This document shows, piece by piece, positions 23,413 through 34,701 of a stretch of DNA of 64,000 nt. Made by a program: the position numbers and the translations under genes. Every line of letters starts with the position of its first letter. Position 1 is the first letter of the stretch. The stretch is from Takakia lepidozioides (Eukaryota; Plantae; Bryophyta), in NCBI GenBank assembly GCA_030704615.1, contig CM060734.1, positions 13,392,001 to 13,456,000 of the forward strand. Direction: 5' to 3'. Below the pieces are notes generated by a model. It made no database searches. It saw only the letters and a program-made list of their open reading frames with translations, and was not told the origin of the DNA.

Positions 23413-25304
23413 TGCCTGCCGCGGAAGATCGTGAAGGAAAAGGAGCAGTTTACCATCGCCTTGTCTGGGCGAAGCCGCCACGGTCCGATCCTTCGAGGAC
23501 TGATCATCCATAAAGTTTCATTCCTCATAAAATCATCCATTATCCACGAGGATTTCATTCGTCTAGTATATCAGCCGTCTTCATTCAAGATTCATTCGTC
23601 CATTCTGACGTGTGACTGGTTCCCGTGGGTTAGGTCACCGTCACGGAGGTCCAAGGGTTTGTGGGCAATCAGAGGGCTGCGCTCCGCTGCGTCTCTACGC
23701 TCTACACCTCTGTGCGCGCTGTCGAGAGCGCGACAGACACGGCCTGCAACTAAATATGTGGCTTGGCAGATTGTAAATTTCAGTTCTTGCGTTGACCACG
23801 TAGCTTGTGAATCCATGCTAGTTGCAAATCGATGCTTTTATTCTATCACACTGCAGGGATTGCGGCGTGTTGAGCAGGATTCGTATGTAAGCGTGATTAT
23901 AATTGTAGCCGTGTGTGTCGCCGTCAGGACCTGATTTTCAATCGGGACTGAGAATTTGATAGGACTGCAAGAGACGGACACAACAAATATTATATTCAGA
24001 CGGTACAAACAGGTAGATGAGTCCAGAAATTGTGAATCGCGACGGCTTTGTATATCGCACGATTGCTGATTTACGCGTAAGGTGTAAGGTTGTGTACTAG
24101 GTTGATTTAAGTTTCTGCTGATTTGAAGTAGAGTGAGACAGACATTGGCATCGACATAACTACTAGGAAGCCAGTACAGAGTGAGGGAGGGAGGGAAATG
24201 TAGGAAAATCTTGAGGAATTTCCATCTCTGAGTGAAAAAACCTCGGCTGCAAAGAGTTGCAAATGTCTAACAGGATTTCTTACCTTCTTACCTCCACACA
24301 CTTATCTCATAGATTGTGATAGGTTGCCTTCATCTTACAATATGAAGTCTCAACCGGCCATGCCCACACGAGTAATAGAGGTCTGGTGCATGGATAACCA
24401 GCCATCACGTCAGTCCTCATCCTGATCAATAGAGGTACTTACTGCAATACACCAACGCTGTAATGTGCCTATTCTTCTCTCTTCATCGAAGAACCTGACC
24501 CTTTCACTCTCGAACTCAATGGCCATTGTCACACTTCAAATATCAATCCATGAGTACCATGCTGATGTCGCAATTGACTGGATGAAACCCAAAGAGCGAG
24601 AGGGAGGAAGGTTGTGCGAGCCTTACGATGGATCAGCTCGGTGTTGTAATTCTGCAGCGCTGCACCCTTCAAGACCATACCCTCTCAAACTCTGGATCTC
24701 TGGCTTTGATATATCGCCAACCGACGATTACAAGCCCCTGATATCCTGCTAGCTGGACTCCTCTGCCGACTTTTGAGCTGCTACCAGCGGCTCCTCAATG
24801 TTCTAACTTTCAGGATATTTGAGGATTGGTGTTGCTAAATAATAATTTGCTCGCTTGCCAAGATTGTTACAATCAGCCTATATCTATGCACAGATCCTAT
24901 TGTAGCAGCCAGTGCTCTGTGTCGACTCACTCTAATCCTAGAGCCCGCAGTCATGACACCTTTCTCAATGATAGGTAGGTCTCCTTTCCTGCTCTGGCGA
25001 TGGACTCCAAATCCATGTATTGTTCCAACTTACTACCTACTAACATTTTTGGATTTCATTTTGTTCCGTGCGTCTCCCTCCGTTGTCTTTTCCCAATCTC
25101 CACCGACATTTCCATATCCTGCAGTCAGTGACCAAAACTGTTAAAGGTGAGAAAGCAAGAGAAAGCCAGGACGAAAAGGGTTGGTGATTTGGCTGCTTGA
25201 AAGGAACTTGCAAAGGGGAAAATCTATCAGTCTACTCATGATGACTATGTGTCGCTGCTGGTCTTGCTCTGAAATTGTGAATGCATTATCACAAATTGAT
25301 TTAG

Positions 25305-27505
25305 GCATCGAGGAATTACGGGAGGAGAGGGATGAGATAAAAAAAAAATTGCAAGTCGAGGAAGAAGAGAAGGCCAACATTCAGAAGGATTTCGTGGTGC
25401 TCACTAAGCGACTGGCCGAGATTGACGATTCTCTCTCGCGCAAGTATGCCTACACCAATGAATATGATAAAACGATTCACGAAGTCGAGGCGGCTTACTC
25501 CAAAGTGCGTGCTCTAATTTCCTTCCAATACTTTTCTGTCCTAGCTTTCTATTCATGAATATTTGAGAAGTAAGAAATTGATAAATATTACATAATACAC
25601 ACAGGATTATTTGGGTCGTTTGTCAATCCTTCAACATGTGCCTTCAACCGTCCATTTCCCTCATGGCACTATGCATCGAGCAGTAGGCTCTGAAAATCCA
25701 TTGGACATTAAAAACAAACTGAACTGTCCTTATATGGTATCAACGTCCTCTTTTCTTTTTTTTCTGTCTTCTCTTTGTAGCACTAATGTCTCGAAGACTG
25801 TACTTGTCATCATTTCTTTGTATTCGGTAGGCTTCACATTGGGTATCAAGAAACTTTGGGGAAGAAGCACCACAGTAATCTCTCCTCTGACCAGTTCATA
25901 GAATTGTGTACTCCTGGAAGGTAGTTTGACTTCAGGATGAAGTTGATAATGATTTAGATGTTGATAATGTCCTAGTTCCTGAATTCAAGAACATACTGGA
26001 TAGAGTGTATGGATATCACCGCTCCCCTTTCTGGTTAAAATTTGTTTTTAACAAATGATTGGGGTCCTAACCATGCAGTTTCACTGCTTCCCTTCATCCA
26101 ATAGGCATCTCAGGTATTGATTGATGCCGTTGAGAAACTACGACAAGGGTCAACCACATGGGAGGCCCGAGTCTACAATTACCCATGATCCAAAAAGAAG
26201 TGACTGGGGAGTGACTCATTGCTCAGCCTAGAATCAGTGGAGTATTTTGATTCTGTGAGTACGTGGAAGGCTACGTCTTCCTTGCCTCCACATGAGCACC
26301 AGCTATCGAGGATGGTGCGAGACCCTCCAGGCCTCATGTCTGGGAGCTCCAACTCCAGCAGCGCATGCTTCAATTATTTCCCAACTTTGTCTTCACAAAT
26401 TTTTTGATCTTCATCCATATTTACTGCCCTACGCGATTTGCATCTCGAACACTTTCGATCTACAAGTCAGTGTGTTCGCCTTTCTTGAGGAATTACAAGA
26501 TCTTGAGAGAGAGATATCAACTGATCACCTATCCTCCACTAGCCAAGATGAAAATCTGGAAGGGCTGGTAATCCAGTTCAAGTCCGATTGCAAATCTTCC
26601 ATTTTGCATAGGCCTTGTTTGTCATCCATTTCAGCTTTTTGGGGGCGGGCAGAGAGAGCCCTAATAGACAGATTGAAAAAAATTTGTGGCCGTTGAAAGC
26701 AGGTGTGGCGTATTCTGCCGTTTTTTAGACTGATTCTCAGGCCGAATCCAGCAGGCCGAATCGGCCACCCAGTCCGCAGGCCGAATCGGCAGGGATGGCC
26801 GATTATGCACGAAGAACGGCAGAGCAACTACCCAGGCTCATGTCATCAGCCGTCAACCTGCAGGCTCGCCCCGTTTATATCCTTTCCGGGGCTCTCAATC
26901 TGGGCAATCGATATGGGATAATTGAACCCCAATCATATTGCGCCAGGTGGCGGTGAGAATACGCCACAACCTGCTTTTAACGCCAGTGAACGGGCCGTGT
27001 TGGGCCGTGTTGGGCCGATTCTGTCCTGTAAGCGGCCTTTGGGCGAGCCGACGCTCGCTCAAAGGCCGCTTACAGGGCAGAATCGGCCCAACACGGCCCG
27101 TTCTCTAGTACATAAAACACCCGCACTGCTTGGGACAGAGACTCTAATGACTGTTCGCTGGTTATGACATACCCTGGAGTGCTGAGGCACCCAAAAACAC
27201 TGGCCTTCCCAGAGTGGATCTCAAAAAGTGGGGCAGTAGAGAGACTGTATTTGCTATCAACTTGAGTTAGTATCTAAGGACATTTTCGCCGACTGAAGAA
27301 ATGGGACACTGTATGTGATGATGTACCATAGGGTATGGTGGAGCGGGCAGGGCAGGATGTAAAGGGCATGTTGAGAAAACTTGCCACATTCAAGGTCACA
27401 GGCTTGAGTTTGTGAGTGCTTGTGACTGTGCAGATCTTGGAAAGCTCGCAGGCTCTTTTGCATGTGCTTAAAAGCGAAACTATTCAGATTACAAACAAAA
27501 GATAG
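25305..27505 (+). CDS. SSNA1: SSNA1/NA14/DIP13 microtubule and basal-body coiled-coil protein (first exon uncertain)
   Basis: Exon 25305-25504 reads IEELREERDEIKKKLQVEEEEKANIQ...LTKRLAEIDDSLSRK...NEYDKTIHEVEAAYSK. Exon 27434-27505 reads ILESSQALLHVLKSE...*. Candidate upstream exons are 24953-24974 or 25125-25146, both ending in a compatible phase. Confidence 0.85.
26691..27108 (+). mobile_element. Non-autonomous hairpin-rich element (Helitron- or MITE-like) in an SSNA1 intron
   Basis: Inverted repeat pair at 26691-26716 and 26956-26982. A hairpin with a stem of about 50 bp spans 26988-27103, followed by CTAG|T at 27105-27109. Confidence 0.55.
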
Positions 27506-28346
27506 GCTCCTCGAGGGCATATTGCCTTGAGACAGCATTGTTGCAACTCGTCAGAAATTTGTTATTTTCATCTCTCTTTTCTCTTGTATCTGTCCCACGC
27601 ACTTTGCTGATTTTCTGTGTAGTTTTGCCAATTCAAGAGGGTTCTAGTTAGCCCCAAGTCTGTGACAAAATCTCAAAGACCTTTGTGACTCTCAGTAATC
27701 AAACTTCACTCCCTCCATCACAACAGAGACCAGCCTGGAAAGAAAAACTCATTCATGACAATGTCTCCTTTTATGATCCTTTGTATTGTGACTAGAATGT
27801 AATGTCGTTCCAAAATAGTTTACAACTTATAGAAGTTCGAGCCTTCTAAGTTATCTCTCTCTCTCTTGCTTCCAACTGCAGACAAACAAATGTGTCCTAA
27901 ATCTTATCATTTTTAATAAATAAAATAAGACACAGGTGAAGCAAATAAAATAGGGGACAGCCTCTGACACACAAGTGACATAAATGGCATGTTTGGCAAC
28001 CCAATTATGCAGTATTGTACATGTGAGAACGGGGATATTCTCTTTTGAGATCATTACTGGGAGGTTCCTGGCTGCCCCACAAAAGAACTACGGCACAATA
28101 TGATTTACAAAGGCCAAATCTGATGGAAATGTTCACACAGTAACTATTCACATCTCCCAAAATCTAGCACTTCCAAAACAAAACAATCATACACACAAAG
28201 TGCAGCAAGGAAAATTTCCCAGTTGTGGCCTACCATTGTAGTGCATTTTCAATGTAAATTTTGACACGGGCGGCAAAACGGTACAATATGGGCACTCACT
28301 TCTTGATCCGGTGAACCAGATAGATCTGGAGATCCAGGACGCAACA

Positions 28347-31300
28347 CTAGATACCAGCACCCCCCCATAACTGGTCTTCTCTCATGCCAGCTTGCCGACG
28401 TACAGCTTCTTCCAAGTGGTTGCAGAAGTCTTTTGTCACATGTACAAAAAGATGATGACTTAGACAACAACAAGAACGTTGAGATGGTGGGAAAGATCAT
28501 GTTGTGCCACTCAGCTAACACTGTGCATTTCTCTTTACACGACAATGGTCTCTGCCCAAGACCAGCTTGGCTGATGTCTTGTCTGCTCTCAAATTTACAA
28601 TATTGTGAAATCCAGCACACTAGCAAAGTCACTAACAAGGATTATCAATATTCTCTTTACTGCTGACTGTCGGATTTGACCATGTTTAATAAACTTAACT
28701 GTAGACAAACAGGAAACCGACCTACAGGATGGTTGGGAGCTACCGTGCAGGGTCAAATGGGGTTGTCCATGTGTTTAACATGGCTCTTCCCCCAAAGGTC
28801 CCTAGTTTCAGTCTGCAATATCCTTGTGAATATGTGTGGTTAGGAAGATTCCTCCATGGCACAGTGCTACCGATTACTTAGATATTAAACACATACAATA
28901 AACATCGGAAATTACTCGGAAAAGAGGAACAAGTTAGAGCTGGAGCCATGGTATCAGGCCCATGTCTGTGAGAGTTTTCCAACACAATACAAGAAAGGAC
29001 ACAGTATACCATGTTTCATAGTGAGTGAGGGCGTTGACTCCTCTAAGAACCCCACAACTTTTGCAGGTGTGCCTGCCACCATACTGCATCCACAGAGCTA
29101 TGTAAGCCCCAGCAAGGGAGGGATGGAGGAAGGGATAACAGAAATAAAACACAGCATATACAATCGTGGACATGGTGTATCCTCTACTGGAATGTTGACC
29201 TTTTCAGCCATTGGCTGTACATGTTACCCTGTTTGTCAAACACCATAATTCCAGTCAAACATTCAAAAGAGGAACGAGAAAAGACACTTGGCCATAACAT
29301 GCAGGTCAAAGTGTACGTATGCATATGTAAGAGCCACACCTACCTGTGGGCAGGGACATTCTTCAGAACTAGCGATCCGGCTGCCACCATGGCACCCCGA
29401 CCCACCACAATATTACCCAGAATACTTGCTCCAGCTCCAATAAGCACACCCTCTTCTATCTTAGGGTGTCGGTCACCAGAAACTTTCCCCGTGCCTCCAA
29501 GGGTCACCCCCTGTGCAGACAACAGAGACATCGACACCTTGACCAACTTGCATCGGGAGTATAAGCGGGAGAGATGGAGAACATATTCTGAAACTCGACC
29601 AATGCAGATTTAGGGAAGCATGATGTTACTTTCTACAGGTGTCTTCGTACTCAAGATACAGAGCCCCACCCAGTTGGGTGACAGTCTCAAAATGAAACTT
29701 CCATAAAAACTATCATTTTCCCTTGCAAAAAGGAGTTTTCCTCTAGCTGTTGTTTGTTCTAGCTAGTCTCAAACCAATACGGGGCCGTGAATGGAGACTG
29801 GATGTAGGACTGGCATGCTTACTGTGAGAGCGTGTAAGCAGGCTTGTCCACGGCTTACCTGCAGCATGGAAACACGGTCACCAACCACAGCCGTCTCCCC
29901 TATCACAATACCAGTGCCATGATCCAGCAATATGGCCTTCCCTATGCGCGCCGCTGGTATTGCAAAGAACACACCCATGACACCACATCCAAAAAAGGAG
30001 CACACAGTGACAGCCTTTGTCAGGTATGTGCTTCTTTGGCACTCTCTGAGCCAATCCAAAAATATATTCTGACATGCTCCCTGTAGGTGCAACCTTTCTC
30101 TTGGCACAAAAGTAATACCCCACTATATTTCCAGATCGATGCTCGCAACCACATGCTTTCATCATTTGGTGATGAACTCAAGTCTACTTCAAATCTCGAA
30201 CTAGTTTGTGACGTCCATGTACACGTTAAAGTCCTTTCTAAGCCCTTCAAATCCAGGAAACAAATTGAAGAATAATAGGAGTCACGCACTACGGCTGAAA
30301 ATGCAGGCAGACCAGATTACATCATCCATGCAGAAGTCTTCATTTGAAGCTACAAAGGAGGAGAAACTGGAATGCATTCACAGGTTTGATGTTTTGCCAT
30401 TATCCAGATGCCTTTGGTACCTCCACATATTAAAGTTCCCTGATTGAGTCACAATTTGAGCATAGAAGTGCTATACTTCTCCCATCAGAAGTGTGGGAAC
30501 AGATTGTATGAAGGAGCAGGTAAGTTAGACTACCTGGATGAATGTCCACGGCAAACACCTGGATACAGAATGTAAAAAAATTATCAATACCCCTGGTTTT
30601 ACGCATGCAAGGAAAAAGAAACAGAAACACTCACATGTGCTCAGTAGAGGAGGGAGGAGTACCTCACTGATACGACTTTGCAAAGCAAGGGCCAGCACAT
30701 GCTGACCACGATTCCACAGCACATGTGCCACTCGATATGATTGCAACGCATGATATCCCTGTAAATAATGAACCAGATAATTTGAGAGCCGAGTTGTCGA
30801 AAATCCCCATTTGAATAAACAAAGACCTCATTCTCCAATATAGGTTTTCTACACACCAGATGGAAGAATATAATGTGCAAGTCCCTCTACAAAAGGTCTC
30901 TGTTTGTGAATTTGAGGTCTACACTTTATTTCAAATGGATTGGGAAGAGGGGGTTAAGGCAACTTAAATATGGAGACATGGAACTTCACCTTCAAGTACA
31001 GTAGGGCAGAGCTGTAGGAGCGACAGGAAGGATCCCGATCTTTGACAGCCTGCCATCACAACACTCAAATTGTTAACAGCCGTCAAATGCCAGTGCGATA
31101 CATTCTGCAATGCATCCCTACACAAATAAATGCCACATTTGCGTTGATAATCAGCTATCTTCCAGGGACGTCCTTGGTTGTTGGATGCTAGAGCAGTTTC
31201 AGATTGAGATTTCCAGGAGGGTGACATCCTGCATGTCTAATGGCCACAAGGCGGAATGGTCGGAAATGTATGACACAGTTTTCCACTTGTCACACACTCC

Positions 31301-33409
31301 AATGTTGTTATCACTACATGTATGACTACTAAAATGTTGACCTTCTTACACTCTTATTTTCTCCTCTTCGATATTACCTTACCATCCATCCTACCCTTAT
31401 TAGATGATGATTGGATGGTACTTCCATCTGGGACATTGTCTCTCCGAATACAAAACTGGAACTGGGTTTGCAATTATGTGAGGACTCTCCAATGTGAAGT
31501 TTTTGGATAAATGATCGTGATCTTCATGTCAGAAATCCTTTACATCAATGAGGTTCTTCATTGGATAAGCTATGTCTTAGTGCACAACTCCTGCACCTAA
31601 AGCAGTTGTTCTCTTCTTGTCAGTATCCATGTTGGTGACAAATGTGCTTGTGATCATCGGCCAAAAAAGACAGAATAGAGAACCTATTTACCAATGAGAG
31701 TAAGATGAATGACCTGGACATCCAACCGAATTGCTTGCCGGATGAAAGGGTCGTTCACAAACACATCATCGAACACATCCATGAGCTGTGTGGCCAAGAG
31801 CGTGGCACTCGTAAGGCGATTGGCCAGCACAAACCCCAGGGAACGCTCAAAGCACGAATGTGCCAGGATGCTGGCATACAGAAAACTGCTCAACAGTGGC
31901 TCCCGCTCTGCCTGTCATGCGATGTGTGTCCCATGAGATAGAGATCTAATGGACTAAGAATTACCAGCTGCAATATTTCTGCCAGTCATCATAATGACTT
32001 ACCAAAACAGAAGCAAATTGTGCACTGTAGTCTATTTACAAAATTGATTGGGTCTCCAGCTTGCCGCTCCTGTACAAATCCTTCATCAAACTCTGCTTGA
32101 GGTGAAATACCTCAAGACGGGCCTCAGCCCTGACGGCTGCCCATATGGGATCATGGGAGATTAAATCAGTCAGGTTCTTCCCGCCCTCTGTTGGAGGCCT
32201 GGCAGAAGAGCAAGGAGGGGTCGCCAGGGCAGGGGTGGAAGACAAATTCAGGGCATTCACATGCGACTCCAGAGCTTTCGCCGATGCGGTAGCTGCTGCC
32301 GCTGCCTTGGCAGCTGCAATTCCACTAACCCTGCCTGTAGGTTGCCCATTACCATCTACGAGCGCTACTTGCACAATTTCGTCATTTTCCCCATCCGATC
32401 CCTCATGCTTGCTTTGCATGTAGGCGGGGAACACATTTTTCCATTGTGTGTTGTCTGTGTCAATTGGAGAGCTGCGTCCATCATCAGGATCTTTGGATCT
32501 GATTTCATGTGGGCGGTCAGACAGGCCATTGTGTAACGTAGACCTGCTGGTGATGCTTGCAGTATCACAAGGCAAGCCTTGAAAGCTGAATCGACTTTTC
32601 TCTTGGGCTTGTTCTGTATCTTTCGTTGGTGCAAACCTGTTCCAGATTTTAGTTAGCGAGCAAACTGGTCAGGTTTGTGATCTCAAGGAGGGTTGGAAAA
32701 GAAGAGCTGACACATTGATTGTTCTGATGCCAAACCATAGCATCCACTGTTATTCCTGATATGTGCATGCCTATACATGGCGAGGGTAACTTGCATGCCC
32801 ACAATCCTACCCAAACAGTTGTCCCCTATACTTCAAGAAGCCTCAGCCCTGCAGCAACAACTCACTTCAGGAGTGGAGTAAACTCCAGCCACCTTTGTCC
32901 AAAAGTACACCATCTAAATTCTTGGAAAGTAATACATCGTCTAAGAAAAGATGGTTACTCCTCTTGGAGCTTTAGACACTATAGCTCAGATATTAAGTCA
33001 TGTTCGGAATGCACCAAATGAGTTGTTATGCCTATTCTTCATTCTTCTTGGTATAGTACTGCAACGGCAAAAGCACTCACCTCGAGTCCTCGGTGGTAAG
33101 CTGGCTGCTGTTCTTGGGACAATCATTGCTCCCATACCTCGGGCTGTCCCAGATAAGTCCTTCATTATGTTGAGCTTGCTCGCTGCCGGATGCCTCATAA
33201 GAACTTGCTGAATTGTTGCTGGATTTTGGATTCCCCGAGCCTCTGTTGCTTTTCTTGCATCTGCCTCCTCCATACCTGGTAATTCCTGATACACATCGCG
33301 TACCTTGGGATGAAGTTGCGTTGATACAGGACCATACCGGCTGGATTAGAACGTCATTCGTGTTCTGAACAATTGCACCCCCTAACCACAGCTGCTTTAC
33401 CAATGCCAT
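28347..33409 (-). CDS. SERAT3: Serine O-acetyltransferase, intron-rich group 3 (SERAT3-like), long N-terminal extension
   Basis: Exons: 33409-33081, 32636-32111, 31911-31714, 31049-30990, 30758-30663, 30558-30534, 29953-29859, 29510-29344, 29083-29010, 28441-28347. Motifs: [43 protein letters not shown]...DRHPKI. The last acceptor is non-canonical and the start codon is inferred. Confidence 0.93.
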
Positions 33410-34701
33410 GTTTCCCCTCACTCAATGCTATGATTACAATCCCTTGATTAACTCTTCAGCTGGAAGCATTCAGACAGTTGAAATACACGGCAGGAACTCG
33501 GATTGAAATACTGTGGCCCTGCTCAGGATGGGATACTGGAATAAGACTATCGCCCTTGGCAGTTACAGGTGTCGGCCTCGTAGTGGGATCGTCCGCGTCT
33601 GAAGCTCCATCGACCTGAAGGTGCCATCATCATGCTCTTTTCTGCTGGATCGATGCTGAAGCAAGGCCAAGTAAGGGTTCCTGAATATGCAGAGTAGCAT
33701 AGATTTGACCGAGAAGTACAAATCAACCTCCTAAATCGTCCTGTTGCGATGTCGGAAGTTATTCAATCAGAGGTGCAAAAATAAGGTAAGCCCGGTTCGC
33801 ACAATCATTAGCCTCTTTGACGAATTCAAGGCCTGTCTTGACGTTCCCATGGCTGGATAGATTCGTCTTCCAATATCAAATTTGAAGCAGGAACTAATCT
33901 TCCAACCGAGCCTGTGCGATTGGAACAATGGTCGAGACTTCTGTCCAACTGCAATAAATACCAGAATTATATTCCCCTCGCCAGTCACTCCTGGACGTAT
34001 GCCGTCCCTGCCACACGATAGCCTTCTGGAAAGCTCAAGCATTTGCGAACTCCAGAATCCTACACTCAAAAAACTCCAGATTTAAAATATTTTTCGGCAC
34101 AGGCACCTTTACGAACTGTCATCAGACTTCATTGCAGGCTCTCTCTCTCTCTCTCTCTCTCTCTCAGAACAGCACGACATAAGCTATAAATGCATGACGG
34201 TCGTCTCTCTCTCTTCTCTCTCCCTCTTTTACACCTCGCAAACAACATTGCGAGCACCACTCGCTTTTCGTTTGAGGAGTCCTTACAAAGATCCTTCTCA
34301 TTCATTTTCTCATCCAGTAACATCCGTTTAATCTTATCCACATCCATCCATTTCGGAATGTGGTTTGTCATGACTGTTTCCTCCTGGATGAAACATCTAG
34401 CTGTTTTAACGGAGACCAGTGGATGAAAGATGTATCTGCGATATTACACTTTCAAATCGTTGGATTTTATCTTTACTTTTTGGATTACAGAAAGAACTGA
34501 TAGATTTCTTTAATATATACCGTTTAACTATTGGATCTTCCTTGTATTCTTTGGATTTATTGATAAACCAGTGGTTTGGCAGTTGCTTGAGGAGTGAGAA
34601 GAATATAGAGAGTGCGGAAGAACAAGAGAGTGGGTGAGTCCATCTGAGGGGAAGGATCGTCATTTTGGCTAGTTTCAGAGCCAGTATCCAGGGAGACGAA
34701 G
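33410..34701. promoter_or_regulatory. Divergent (head-to-head) 5' and promoter region between SERAT3 and RPT1, with a (CT)n tract at 34139-34165
   Basis: The start codons point away from each other about 1.3 kb apart. GA/CT repeats are common in plant 5' regions. The TSS cannot be determined. Confidence 0.45.
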
